From positions 46,661 to 110,660 of the forward strand of contig JAGAOR010000008.1 of assembly GCA_017623605.1 (NCBI GenBank): a stretch of DNA of 64,000 nt, given 5' to 3'. The translations under genes were made by a program, and so were the position numbers. This DNA comes from Clostridia bacterium. Lineage in GTDB: Bacteria > Bacillota > Clostridia > Christensenellales > Borkfalkiaceae. Below the pieces are notes generated by a model, which did not search any database, was not told the origin of the DNA, and saw nothing but the letters and a program-made list of their open reading frames with translations. Numbering within the stretch: the stretch's first letter is position 1; every line of letters starts with the position of its first letter. This document shows, piece by piece, positions 9,001 to 18,849 of the stretch.

Positions 9001-11108
9001 GATATGCAGTTATTGAGGAAAATGTAATTGCGCTTTACGATACGGAAACGGAAATCGTTTTGTATTTTGATTTTGATGGGGATAAGTTCACCAAGCGCGC
9101 GGAAGAATACGGCGAATATCTTTGGATTGATAATCAAGGTTGGAACGATTTGTATATTAGACTTGACGGCTACGGCAAGGTTGAAGTATTTGAATTGGTT
9201 TACAACGAACAAACCAAAGAATACGACGAGAATATCGTTACCAAAGAAAAGGGTACGTATACGAAAGCGGGAAATCGTTTTACGCTTAACTTTACGTTAG
9301 CAAACGGAACTAGTTATACGTTAGAGGGTGAGCTTGGGTTATTCTCTAATTACAGTGCGTTTCTTGTAAAGCGCGACGAAATCGTTCGTGTTTACGTGAA
9401 TGATAAAGATTGGTCGGTGCTTATTCTCAACGACGTTGGGCACGCGATTAAATATACGAAAGAAGGCACGAAAGAAGAGGGCTCTTATACCGTTATCACA
9501 GACGATTTGCTCTATTACGTAAACGATACGAATACCGACGCTTGGTTGTATGAATATAATTACGAGGCTGGTACTGCAACGCAAATCAAGTTCGATTCGA
9601 GAAGAGGATATTTTACGGAAGATTTGGAATCTCTTATTTTCTACGAGTACGGCGTTTTGCTTGTAAACAATAAAGAGGGTGTTGAACGTCATTATTATTA
9701 TGAAGAAGACGGTGTAGTAACCATTTATAAGCTTGATCTTACTAGCAACAATCAAAACAGATTCGGGTTTGTAGCTAGCGAATTTGAGGGTGGATTCGTC
9801 AATGAGCAAACCTATCAAGGCAAGGTATATTACCAAAACGATGGAACGGATATGCGTTATTCTCGCGCAAAGGAATCGGAAAACGATTATCCCGTTCAAA
9901 TTAGTGGCGCAGATAAACAATATACGCTTGAAGAACTTACGTTTGAACCCTCTACGTCCGTTGAATTCTCCGTTACGGGTAAGGTAGGGTACGCTGGACA
10001 GTATTTGAATTGTCTTGTCGTTCGTGAAATCAATGAAGAAACTGACGTTTTGGAAACGTATATTCAGATCGGCGAATACCGTTTTGATATCGAGGTGAAA
10101 TATACGGGCGTAGACGCGTCAGGAAATCCGACGAGCGAATATTCGGTTACGGGATTGAGATATTATTGCGCGACGTATCCTAGAAATTATCTTGATATGT
10201 ATGCGCTGTATGCGGCGTTTGGTATTATGTATCCTAACACCCAGGGTATTATTGTCGTGGAGGGTTCGTATAATCCTGACGGTTCGGTGGAGGAGTTTAC
10301 CGTAACCGCGGAGTTTGGCGAAGCTTCCAAATTGGAGGATTTAAACGGGAATAAGATTAAGATTGAAAATGCCGAATACGAAGTAATAAATTCTTATCAA
10401 GTGAGCGGCGTTTCTTATACGCAAGCGCGTGCTACGTTCGTTGGAGAAGATACTTATACGTATAGCTTGTATTTCATTTATAGTATACATAGCGAAACGG
10501 GCGCGTACGCATTCAATATTCTTGCGTTTGTTCGGCATCAAAAACTCGTAGTTGAGGGAACGGCTTACGAAGTGCTTGTTGAAAGAGTCGTTTATACCGA
10601 ATACACGAACATTGAAGCAGGTGAAATTTATTCGATTATTCTTCACGAAAACGGCACGGAAATCGAAGCTTCGCAAATACTTAATTCCAACGATGGCTTG
10701 CTTTATATCGTAAGAACGGGTACGGAAGACGGCGATAAGACGATTTATAATTCCTCAAAACACTATACGATTCGATTTACGGAAGAAGCCGGCGGTTCTT
10801 TGGACGGAGGAAAAGACAAAGTAGCCCTCTTTAAATCGGCGTCAGTTACTCTTTCCAATACGATTACGAATATTCTTTACGACGAGAATAAGTTCTATTT
10901 CGTAGAGTTTGACGATAGTGGCGACGTAGTTATTATTCGTTTGGTAAACGAAACGTTTATCGCAAAAACGTGTACGTCGGAAGTAAAAGAGGGGGTAACA
11001 ACTCACACGGTTGAAACGTTGGAGGGCAGACATTTCAGAGTGTTCGTTAGAGGCAGCGTGATAGAAGTCGAAGAGTTCTACCCTTCTGCGGAGGCAGACG
11101 TAGCGTGA
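6051..11108 (+). CDS. Giant lipoprotein with three N-terminal Listeria-Bacteroides repeats and about 1350 aa of unrecognised sequence
   Basis: 1685 aa. Signal peptide with lipobox LFSC. Repeats end in GYRFDGWY, GLTFGAWF and GYCLVGWA. The remainder is Tyr/Glu/Thr/Gly-rich and I recognise no motif in it. AGGAGGG ribosome-binding site. Confidence 0.7.
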   Translation: MKRKFKKCMLAVGLTVVSSTFAFLFSCKENAPTVKYTFNTNGGNAIQEAVVDEGQTYTLPIPVREGYRFDGWYLTETFDGEAITTADGMTSQTYYAKWTQAFALTLDANGGTVSAPKLYLAAGENVYSAVSAYIPEKAGLTFGAWFNGNTAISENYKMPSEAVTLTAQYKVVYTVEIYLQDLNDETLYVKEQNVITESDYVGKTIESEQTKDGCTEISHANSVTEKQLSETASENVFRHYFNRNTYTVTFRPNYPNGASASNTPVTLKYGESVRVPNDLEAEGYCLVGWAETPNGESKYDAYYVDTVLQNGDDTADREPEQVFPNVNMSLYAVWAKGYTDMFGGDDYIFRFAEEEDTVYLSRGNVFFKGGYDSEYNEFWFDVASDYTLEGKLYSNDMFAYNSVDRSEAVATLYDINVDLNDSWVDNVTIEFDAQNGIQYIVRNETTGLTDDITDGTCMANENGEYVADFSQATEGSMAGKKITFKMVSVSGKSAFMILNEEERALGTLNRFDFDVEDGKVIEYTNGLYSITLDGYGIASYNTGNASEPYYYVLEDGVVSLISPYGGLFGRGRLVKEGKTTGYVRYDETLEVDLSFETGDKLVLDGGYNAVYTVGGTPLEGYFTSEESVFGSWIITFYGEKTNYIFEVMQEVGNDDSVTYTTTLLLDGYGEYLYISDGLVYFGVVLVLDEEEAGVASLYGYNESTGEYVLVSTGEYTQAPNDTGYFVYVAEDTYPCDGLATDPIDLSVIKSFVFAVDDKATSYKILYWKNSTDNEDHETVYVVEYEYKVENEVKATLTLVGGFAFYTMEDGVPVAGAYSPDKKTGATLILTETSNYYVLLDEENKTFKPLQYNPYNAYLIEEDLEANSNIYLSFDGLGGATYCAVTLDSDGKIVGEEKIVGTIVDEGKKTDDEVPILTFKSNAGETELTFDYIRLSAGSTAYFAKYNENYVGDYISSDGSGILQFDGFGFAATFNAADGKTYTGRYAVIEENVIALYDTETEIVLYFDFDGDKFTKRAEEYGEYLWIDNQGWNDLYIRLDGYGKVEVFELVYNEQTKEYDENIVTKEKGTYTKAGNRFTLNFTLANGTSYTLEGELGLFSNYSAFLVKRDEIVRVYVNDKDWSVLILNDVGHAIKYTKEGTKEEGSYTVITDDLLYYVNDTNTDAWLYEYNYEAGTATQIKFDSRRGYFTEDLESLIFYEYGVLLVNNKEGVERHYYYEEDGVVTIYKLDLTSNNQNRFGFVASEFEGGFVNEQTYQGKVYYQNDGTDMRYSRAKESENDYPVQISGADKQYTLEELTFEPSTSVEFSVTGKVGYAGQYLNCLVVREINEETDVLETYIQIGEYRFDIEVKYTGVDASGNPTSEYSVTGLRYYCATYPRNYLDMYALYAAFGIMYPNTQGIIVVEGSYNPDGSVEEFTVTAEFGEASKLEDLNGNKIKIENAEYEVINSYQVSGVSYTQARATFVGEDTYTYSLYFIYSIHSETGAYAFNILAFVRHQKLVVEGTAYEVLVERVVYTEYTNIEAGEIYSIILHENGTEIEASQILNSNDGLLYIVRTGTEDGDKTIYNSSKHYTIRFTEEAGGSLDGGKDKVALFKSASVTLSNTITNILYDENKFYFVEFDDSGDVVIIRLVNETFIAKTCTSEVKEGVTTHTVETLEGRHFRVFVRGSVIEVEEFYPSAEADVA

Positions 11109-11235
11109 TGTCTGTCGGCTGTAATCAATAGACTATACAAAGTTCCGTATCGCCTTTTAGGTGGATGCGGACTTTGTGCGGAAAAGAAAAATTATTAACG
11201 TTTATTAACAAAACGAAAATTATAGGAAGAGAAAT

Positions 11236-14200
11236 ATGGCTAAATTGAAGAAAAGGTTATTAAAAGTTGTTTCGTTATTGGGCGCGTCTTGCTTTTTGCT
11301 GGGAGCGTGCGCGGAGAGCTTTAACAATGCACAGTCCAACTCTTTGCAATCAACTTCGAACGTTTCAAAAACGTCAGGGACGATTAAAACGAACCAAGAG
11401 AATTATTACGATAACGACGTTATTTATAAGTTACCGGAAACGGTTTCTCAAAATGACATGGTTTCCGTTATCGTAACGATGAATACGGAATCCGTCGTTG
11501 ACGCTTATAAAGAAACGGCTATGACGAAAACGGTTAGCGAGTACGCAAGAACGAGCGAAGCGAGGAATGTAACCAATAAAGTAGCGACAAAACGCAGAGA
11601 GCTTTTGAAAAAGTTGAATCGTTCGGGCATTGATTATACGCTCGGTGAAGAATACGATACGGTTACGAGCGGTTTCGAAGTTACGATAAAGGCGAAAGAT
11701 TATCAAAAACTCGGCGATTTGTTTAAAAGAGAGGCGTCTTTGTTTCTCGGTGAAGTATACGAGCCGGCGGCGGTAACGGAAGTTATTACCAACGAAGTTG
11801 ACGTTTACGAAACGGGTATTTTTGACAGTTCAAAATCTGAATATCAAGGCGACGGCGTTGTCGTTGCCGTGCTTGATACGGGGTTGGATTATACGCATAC
11901 CGCATTTGACGTTAAGAATTTTGAAGCAGATGCAAAGGACGACGCCTTTACGTTGAGCTCTGTATCGAGTATTGTAGGTCGTACGGCTGCGGCTGAATTT
12001 ACTTCTGGGCTGACGGGCGAGGACGTTTATATGAACCGTAAAGTACCTTATGCGTACGATTATGCGGACAAAGATCCTGACGTTCTTCCTATCAATAATG
12101 AACACGGTACACACGTTGCTGGTATTATTGCCGGACACGACGATACGATTCGCGGTGTTGCGCCCAACGCGCAGCTCGCGATTATGAAGGTTTTTTCCGA
12201 TACGCAAGACGGTGCAAAAGATTCTTGGATTTTAGCGGCGCTTGAAGACTGCGTTACGCTCGGTGTAGACGTAATCAATATGTCGCTCGGTTCGGGGTGT
12301 GGTTTTGCGACGGAAGAGGATAATAAGCATTTAAGAGATATTTACGACAGTATCCGCACGGCGGGTATTACGTTAATCGCTTCGGCAGCAAACAGCTATA
12401 ACGCGACGATGGGTTCAGAAAAGAACGGTAACCTCGGGTTGACTTCCAATCCCGATTCAGGTACAGTTGGGCAACCCTCCACGTTTGCTTCTGCTTTGTC
12501 GGTTGCGTCTGTTGACGGTGTAAAAACGCCGTATTTCCTCTATGAGGATAAAATCGTATATTTCACGGAAGCAACGGCTTCGGATGCGAAAGAGAGAGAT
12601 TTCGTAGACGATATTCTCAATACCGTAGGCGAGAACGTCGATAGCCACGAATTTGAATACGTAACGATTCCTGGGCTTGGTGAAGAAAGCGATTACGCGC
12701 AGTCGAGAGAATTTTACGAGGGTAAAATCGTACTTGTAAAACGTGGTGTAACGACGTTTGAAGAGAAGGTTTATATCGCGTTGCAATTAAAAGGCGCGGC
12801 AGGTATCATTATTTACAATAACGTCTCCGGTACGATCTCAATGTCCGTTGGCGACAGCTTTGGACCTGTTTGTTCCATTGCTCAAGAAGAGGGCGAAATG
12901 CTCGCTGCGGCGAAAACGGGAAAGATCAAGATCAGTAGGGATCAAGTAGCCGGTCCGTTTATGTCCGATTTCTCTTCTTGGGGACCTACTTCGGATTTAC
13001 AAATAAAACCTGAAATTACGGCGCACGGCGGTGAAATTCTTTCTGCCGTTCCCGGTCAAGGCTACGATAGACTTTCGGGTACTTCTATGGCAGCGCCCAA
13101 CCAAGCAGGGGCGGCGGCTCTTATCCGACAATACGTTAAATATAGCGGCGTTTTTGACGATAGCGTTATAAGCGACGCGAAACAAGTAAAGGCACTTGTC
13201 AACCAACTTATGATGTCCACGGCGGATATTATTCATAATAAGAACGGGTTGCCTTATGCGATAAGAAAGCAGGGCGCAGGGCTCGTTAATATTGCGAAAT
13301 CGACGACGGCGGAATCTTATCTTACGACGTTTGACAAAGACGGCGCGGTAATGGATAAAACCAAGCTTGAACTTGGTGATGACAAGTCGCGTACGGGCGT
13401 GTACGAGATGTCGTTTGCGATAAATAACATAAGCGCAAACGCGACGACGTACGATATTGGCGCGATCGTGATTACGGAGGGTGTTAGCGAGACTTATACC
13501 AGCCACGACGATACGACGGTTACGCAAGACGGCTACCTTTTGAGTGGCGCAAAAATGACCGTTAAATCGGTTGACGGTGTGGCGGCGAACGGTAATACCG
13601 TTACGGTTGCTTCGAGAGATTCGGTTGTCGTTACGGTGGAGATTGTGCTGTCTGATGCGGATAAGCAATATATGGACGATTCGTTTAAGTACGGTATGTA
13701 CGTTGAAGGGTTTATAACGTTGGACGCAAAGAATGGTGCAACGGTAGATTTGAACGTGCCTTTGCTTGCATTTTACGGCGATTGGACGGAAGCTCCTATT
13801 TTCGACGAAGAATATTACGATACGAACAAGGACGAGTTGAACGACGGGTTAGACGTTGCGGATAAGTTAATGGCAGATGCGTACGCAACGCGCGTTATCG
13901 GTGGTTTGTACAGCGATTATATTGCAACGCTCGGCGCGTATTATTTTGAACAAGATCCCACTTCCGGTACGAAAATTGCGGCTTCGAAAGATCATATTGC
14001 AATTTCCAATCAGCAAAACGAAAACAATTCTGCGATTAACAGTATCAGCAATATTTGGGCAGGACTTTTACGAAACGCTAAAGAAGTAGAGATTTCTATC
14101 GTTGAGGATTCGACGGGGATTGAAGTATTTAATCGAACGAATAAAAACCAATATAAATCCTTTAACCGTGGCGGCGCGGTGGGACAGTCAAGCATAGAAG

Positions 14201-17200
14201 TGGATTTCTCTGCGCTCGAACACGAGTTGAAGAATAATACGAAATATACCGTTACGGTGAATACTTATATTGACTACGGCGAAAAGTCGGAGCAAAAGAA
14301 CGCTCGTAATACGTTCGAGTTCCCGTTATACGTTGACTTTGAAGCCCCTGTCGTTACCAACGTCGCATATCGTACGGAATACGACGAAACGACGAAGAAG
14401 ACCAAACTGTTTGCCGATTTAGATATATACGATAACCATTATGCAATGGGGTTGCAGATGGGGCAAATCGTTGAGGATACTGATCCCGATTCTGATTATA
14501 CGTTCTCGTTGCAAGCGTTCGGTAAATACGTAACGCCTATCCATTCTGCTTATAATTCGACGTCTACGGTTACGTTTGAGCTCACCGATTACGTATCGAA
14601 ATTAAAAAATTCGGCAGGTATTGATCAAGACGGCGATGATTTTAATGCGATAGAACGGAATAATAATTCCTTTATTGCGATTTGCTACGATTACGCGTTG
14701 AATAGCGCGACTTATGAAATTCGACTTCCCGATGAAATTATCGCTATGTATTTCACGGAAGAAAGTTTGAATCTTGCGCTTAACGAAACGAAGGATATTT
14801 CCGATCTTTTGGAGATTTATCCTTCGGATAGCTGGTTGCAAACGCTTGATTTTGAATCCTCTGATCCTGACGTAGTGGATATTATCAATCAAACGGTAAT
14901 TGCAAAGAAAGCGGGTACGGCAGTTATTAAGGTTAAGGGTTATAATAAAGCAGGCGAGCCTATTACGGCGGAACTTCCCGTTACGGTTGACGATAGCGTG
15001 CAATACGATATCCCCGCCGTTAATAAATTCGAAGTTACGGGATATAAAGTCAATAAAGCGTATTATGCGGTTTCGTCGGATGATAGAGAGATCGGTATAA
15101 CGGACGGGGTATATGATTTTGGAAAGGAAATTCATCTTTCAATGTTCCCGTCGGAAAGCGTAACGTTAAATTATACGTTGGATTCCAATTTCCCTCAAAG
15201 AACGGATATTATTTATCAATCGTCGGATGAGAGTATTGCAACGGTTACGCAAGACGGTACGATCGTTGCGAAGGCCGAGGGCGTGGCTTCCATTATTATC
15301 AGCATTATGTTTGACGATATGCCTACGCTGTATTCGGGCTTCGTTGATATAACCGTTAAAGATCCTTATACTACGAGCGGTATGTATCTTATGAGTTATA
15401 AAGGTCTTGGCGGCGAGGTCGTTATTCCTTCCAATCGTGGGTTTACGATGATTTATTCGTATGCGTTCTCCAATTACGAATTTGTTGAGAAAGATCTGGA
15501 TGCTGGCGATGAAATTACCGACGAAGATCCCTATCATTTGAAACAAGCCTATATTGGCGAAGATACGATCACCAAAGTCGTTATTCCAGAAGGCGTTACG
15601 ACGATTGATGCGTATGCGTTTGCAGGTTTGACGGCGCTTGAAGAAGTATGTTTGCCGAAATCGCTCGTAAGAATCGGTATCGGCGCATTCTACGGTTGTG
15701 AAAAGCTGAAAACGATAAATTTGAGCAACGTTAAATTTATCAACAAAGAAGCGTTTGCAAAGTGTGCGCTGACGGAAGCGGATTTGGCTTCGGTCGTTGC
15801 GATTGGTAATTATTCGTTCCAAGACTGTCAATTAAGCAGTTTGGTATTACCCAAGTCTTCGCAATCGCTTGGTATCGGCGCATTCTACGGCAATAAGCTT
15901 TTAACGAACGTTGAATTCCGTGCTCCTAAAATGAAGATCGGTTCGTATGCGTTTGCGGAATGTACGCAGCTCGGTTCGATTAACGTTAACGCGGCGGTTA
16001 TTTCTTCGTATGCGTTCTATGGTTGTAAGGAATTGACGAACGTTAATTTCGGCGTGGACGTTTCGGTTATCGGCGAATATGCGTTTACCGATACGAACGT
16101 ATCCGAATTTTCGGTTACGGCGGGCGGTAATCTTCACGTAGATGAAGAGAATTCAGCGTTGCTTTTGAAAAACGACGAGTTGATTCTCGTTGCACCCAAA
16201 GGATCGACGCAGATTTTGCGGACGTCGGCAAGCTCGATTGCGGCAGGCGCGTTTGCAGGAAACGAAAACTTGTATGAAGTTATCGCAACCAACGTAACGG
16301 AAGTTGGGGCGTATGCGTTTGCAGGTTGTTCGATTCTTAAAAACGTGATTATGCCGAACGTAAAAATTATCGGTGATTATGCGTTTGCTGGAACAAATCT
16401 CGTGGCGATATTCGATAGCGAAACGGAAAGAAATCCGTCGATGAAAAACGTAGAAGTGATTGGTAAATACGCGTTTGCGGGTACGAAACTTGAAAAGGTT
16501 GTAATTCCCAACGATACCGTGATTGGCGACTACGCGTTCTCTGGCTATACGGTTAAGGACGGCAATTCGTATAGATCGCGGTATTGCGCGGAAACGTTGA
16601 AAGAAGTAGTGCTTGGTGAAAACGTTATAGTAGGAGAAGGAGCGTTTTACAGCGCGATTTACTATGCAACGTATGAAAATTTGGATAAGAGCGACGTTGA
16701 CGACGAACTTTCCGATCAAGAAAAGTTGAGATACTATAAAGAATACGCGTATTATTTACAAGACGAAGACGGGAATTATATTGACGAAAACGGAAATATC
16801 GTTGCCGATAAGAGTCAGGCGAAAACGTACGTGTATTATACCTACGATTTCAGTATTCCAGGTATTATTGAATCGGTTATGGATACCGTTACGGTTGGAG
16901 CTGGAACGGAATTAGGGTTGCACGCGTTCACGGGTAATGCGAATTTGAAAACGCTTAACCTGCTTGGCTCGGGAACGAGAATTGGCGATTACGCATTCTT
17001 TAATGCGGCATCGCTTAAGAGCGTTGATCTTTCTTCGGTTGAATCCGTAGGTGAATACGCATTCACGGGTACGAATAGTAAGGATTATCAATACTTGAAA
17101 GATTTAAGTGGTAAATCTTACGTTGCGCAAGCATACGAACTTGTTTACCGCGACGGTGAGGAATATATCGTCAACTATAAATATACGAATTTTACGTCGG

Positions 17201-18816
17201 GTATTACGGAAATTGATTTAACCTCTGCAACTTCGATCGGAGAGGGGGCGTTTGCAGGAATTCAGACGTTAAATTCCGTTACGTTCGGGGAACACGTAAA
17301 AGAAATTCCTGCATATGCGTTTGTTTCTGCGCCAATCGACGAGATTGTGTTGCCGAAAACGGTTACGGCGATCGGCGATTATGCATTCTATCAAACGGGG
17401 CTTAAACAAATCAATTTGGCGAACGTAGAAACCATAGGCGAATATGCGTTTGCTGGAACAAAATTGACGGAAGTCAGCTTGAAAGAAAATGCAAAAATCA
17501 GCGAGGGCGCGTTCTATAATTGTAAAAAACTTACGAACGCGAACGGAATAGAAAAGGTAAATTCGATCGGAGCGGAGTCTTTTGCAAAAACTTCTTTAAC
17601 AGAGCTTGCGTTGGATAACGTAGTCGTAATTGGGGATTTTGCTTTTGGAGAATCGAAAGTAACCAAAGTTTCGTTTGGGGATAAGTTGGAGGAGCTCGGA
17701 GAGAATCCTTTCTACGGTTGCGAAATTAAGACGTTTGGTAAGATTGACGAGATGATTTTCGGTGAAGATCAAGTCGTGGGAACGAAGCTCAACGAAAATT
17801 ATGCAATTAGCGATAAAGCACAAGTAATCGACGGTGTTTTATATCAAAAAATACCGACGGGGTTAGAACTTGTTTCTTATCCGATGATGAAGGAACAGGC
17901 GTACTTCAAGGTTCAAGAGGGTACTACGCGAATTACGGCGAGAGCGTTTGCTGGCTCGATGCTTGAAAACGTAACCTTGCCTTCGACGCTTAAAGCGTTG
18001 GGTGATAAAGCGCTTTATGATTGTCAACAACTTTCCGTCGTCGTCTTTACGAGCTACGAAGCGCCGATCTTGGAAGAGGAATACGACGTTTCCTATGTAT
18101 CTTACGAAAATCTTCCAATGAACGGACAAATTGGCGGCTATCAAGGATTGGGCATTTCAAAGTATTATATGTGGAACGTTACGGCGAATTTTAGCACGTT
18201 CTACTTTGGCGCAAATTTCGTCGATCATATTGGTCATATCCATAAAAATCTCGCAATGGTCGTTCCTGCAAACGGACAAAATTACGATTCGTTTATTTTT
18301 GGACAGTACTTCTCAACGACGGTTGCAGGTAGTAATGCGGCTACGCAAGATACGATTAACGTGATAGGCTTGATTAACGCTTTGCCTGAAAGAATTACGC
18401 TTTCTTGCGAATCTGCTATCGTTGCGGCACGTAATGCTTACGATTCACTTGCATCTTTGGAACAAAAGGCTTTGGTTACAAATTACACCGTTCTTACGAA
18501 CGCAGAATCGACGCTGGCTTATTTGAAATCGAGAGAAGAACAATCCACTCCGGGTGAACCTGATCCGAAGCCGGAAAATCCGATAGAGGGACAACCGGAA
18601 AGAGGCGTAGTCGGTTACGTGGTTGCTATTGTTGTTCTTGGCGTGTCGGTATTTGCTCTTGGAGGATTTGTGGTTGTAGATAAGTTCGTTTTCAAGAAAA
18701 AGCGAGAACGCGTCAATGCTTTGGGATCGGATGTTCCCGTGGCGGACGAATTAAACGAAAAAGTGAACGACGAAGCGGCGGAAGAGACCGTGGAGAACAA
18801 TCAAACGGAAGAATAA
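11236..18816 (+). CDS. Giant cell-envelope subtilisin-like serine protease (S8 with PA insert, CEP/C5a-peptidase-like) fused to Big_2-like modules and BspA-type LRR arrays, with a C-terminal TM anchor
   Basis: 2526 aa. Lipobox LLGAC. Catalytic triad motifs: VAVLDTGLD (Asp codon 11875-11877), NEHGTHVAG (His codon 12103-12105) and LSGTSMAAP (Ser codon 13084-13086). PA-like insert (GKIVLVKRGVTTFEEK...GAAGIIIYNN) sits between His and Ser. Big_2-like segments include SSDPDVVDI..AKKAGTAVIKV. LRR_5-type repeats span roughly nt 15400-18200. C-terminal TM VVGYVVAIVVLGVSVFALGGFVVV is followed by KKKRER. Confidence 0.85.
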   Translation: MAKLKKRLLKVVSLLGASCFLLGACAESFNNAQSNSLQSTSNVSKTSGTIKTNQENYYDNDVIYKLPETVSQNDMVSVIVTMNTESVVDAYKETAMTKTVSEYARTSEARNVTNKVATKRRELLKKLNRSGIDYTLGEEYDTVTSGFEVTIKAKDYQKLGDLFKREASLFLGEVYEPAAVTEVITNEVDVYETGIFDSSKSEYQGDGVVVAVLDTGLDYTHTAFDVKNFEADAKDDAFTLSSVSSIVGRTAAAEFTSGLTGEDVYMNRKVPYAYDYADKDPDVLPINNEHGTHVAGIIAGHDDTIRGVAPNAQLAIMKVFSDTQDGAKDSWILAALEDCVTLGVDVINMSLGSGCGFATEEDNKHLRDIYDSIRTAGITLIASAANSYNATMGSEKNGNLGLTSNPDSGTVGQPSTFASALSVASVDGVKTPYFLYEDKIVYFTEATASDAKERDFVDDILNTVGENVDSHEFEYVTIPGLGEESDYAQSREFYEGKIVLVKRGVTTFEEKVYIALQLKGAAGIIIYNNVSGTISMSVGDSFGPVCSIAQEEGEMLAAAKTGKIKISRDQVAGPFMSDFSSWGPTSDLQIKPEITAHGGEILSAVPGQGYDRLSGTSMAAPNQAGAAALIRQYVKYSGVFDDSVISDAKQVKALVNQLMMSTADIIHNKNGLPYAIRKQGAGLVNIAKSTTAESYLTTFDKDGAVMDKTKLELGDDKSRTGVYEMSFAINNISANATTYDIGAIVITEGVSETYTSHDDTTVTQDGYLLSGAKMTVKSVDGVAANGNTVTVASRDSVVVTVEIVLSDADKQYMDDSFKYGMYVEGFITLDAKNGATVDLNVPLLAFYGDWTEAPIFDEEYYDTNKDELNDGLDVADKLMADAYATRVIGGLYSDYIATLGAYYFEQDPTSGTKIAASKDHIAISNQQNENNSAINSISNIWAGLLRNAKEVEISIVEDSTGIEVFNRTNKNQYKSFNRGGAVGQSSIEVDFSALEHELKNNTKYTVTVNTYIDYGEKSEQKNARNTFEFPLYVDFEAPVVTNVAYRTEYDETTKKTKLFADLDIYDNHYAMGLQMGQIVEDTDPDSDYTFSLQAFGKYVTPIHSAYNSTSTVTFELTDYVSKLKNSAGIDQDGDDFNAIERNNNSFIAICYDYALNSATYEIRLPDEIIAMYFTEESLNLALNETKDISDLLEIYPSDSWLQTLDFESSDPDVVDIINQTVIAKKAGTAVIKVKGYNKAGEPITAELPVTVDDSVQYDIPAVNKFEVTGYKVNKAYYAVSSDDREIGITDGVYDFGKEIHLSMFPSESVTLNYTLDSNFPQRTDIIYQSSDESIATVTQDGTIVAKAEGVASIIISIMFDDMPTLYSGFVDITVKDPYTTSGMYLMSYKGLGGEVVIPSNRGFTMIYSYAFSNYEFVEKDLDAGDEITDEDPYHLKQAYIGEDTITKVVIPEGVTTIDAYAFAGLTALEEVCLPKSLVRIGIGAFYGCEKLKTINLSNVKFINKEAFAKCALTEADLASVVAIGNYSFQDCQLSSLVLPKSSQSLGIGAFYGNKLLTNVEFRAPKMKIGSYAFAECTQLGSINVNAAVISSYAFYGCKELTNVNFGVDVSVIGEYAFTDTNVSEFSVTAGGNLHVDEENSALLLKNDELILVAPKGSTQILRTSASSIAAGAFAGNENLYEVIATNVTEVGAYAFAGCSILKNVIMPNVKIIGDYAFAGTNLVAIFDSETERNPSMKNVEVIGKYAFAGTKLEKVVIPNDTVIGDYAFSGYTVKDGNSYRSRYCAETLKEVVLGENVIVGEGAFYSAIYYATYENLDKSDVDDELSDQEKLRYYKEYAYYLQDEDGNYIDENGNIVADKSQAKTYVYYTYDFSIPGIIESVMDTVTVGAGTELGLHAFTGNANLKTLNLLGSGTRIGDYAFFNAASLKSVDLSSVESVGEYAFTGTNSKDYQYLKDLSGKSYVAQAYELVYRDGEEYIVNYKYTNFTSGITEIDLTSATSIGEGAFAGIQTLNSVTFGEHVKEIPAYAFVSAPIDEIVLPKTVTAIGDYAFYQTGLKQINLANVETIGEYAFAGTKLTEVSLKENAKISEGAFYNCKKLTNANGIEKVNSIGAESFAKTSLTELALDNVVVIGDFAFGESKVTKVSFGDKLEELGENPFYGCEIKTFGKIDEMIFGEDQVVGTKLNENYAISDKAQVIDGVLYQKIPTGLELVSYPMMKEQAYFKVQEGTTRITARAFAGSMLENVTLPSTLKALGDKALYDCQQLSVVVFTSYEAPILEEEYDVSYVSYENLPMNGQIGGYQGLGISKYYMWNVTANFSTFYFGANFVDHIGHIHKNLAMVVPANGQNYDSFIFGQYFSTTVAGSNAATQDTINVIGLINALPERITLSCESAIVAARNAYDSLASLEQKALVTNYTVLTNAESTLAYLKSREEQSTPGEPDPKPENPIEGQPERGVVGYVVAIVVLGVSVFALGGFVVVDKFVFKKKRERVNALGSDVPVADELNEKVNDEAAEETVENNQTEE

Positions 18817-18849
18817 AACGTTAAGCAGAAAAAGTAAACAGAGGATTTT

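Noticed and set aside
11140-11176. An imperfect hairpin after the 1685-aa gene as an intrinsic terminator
   Set aside because: The stem needs a bulge and wobble pairs, and only TTT follows it. The evidence is too weak to annotate, so operon boundaries here remain open.
12997-16719. Minus-strand ORFs of 177-223 aa (12997-13668, 14602-15135, 15166-15831, 16153-16719) inside the S8 protease gene
   Set aside because: They are antisense to a continuous 2526-aa ORF with a catalytic triad and repeat structure. Their products are Arg/Asn/Ile-rich and low-complexity.
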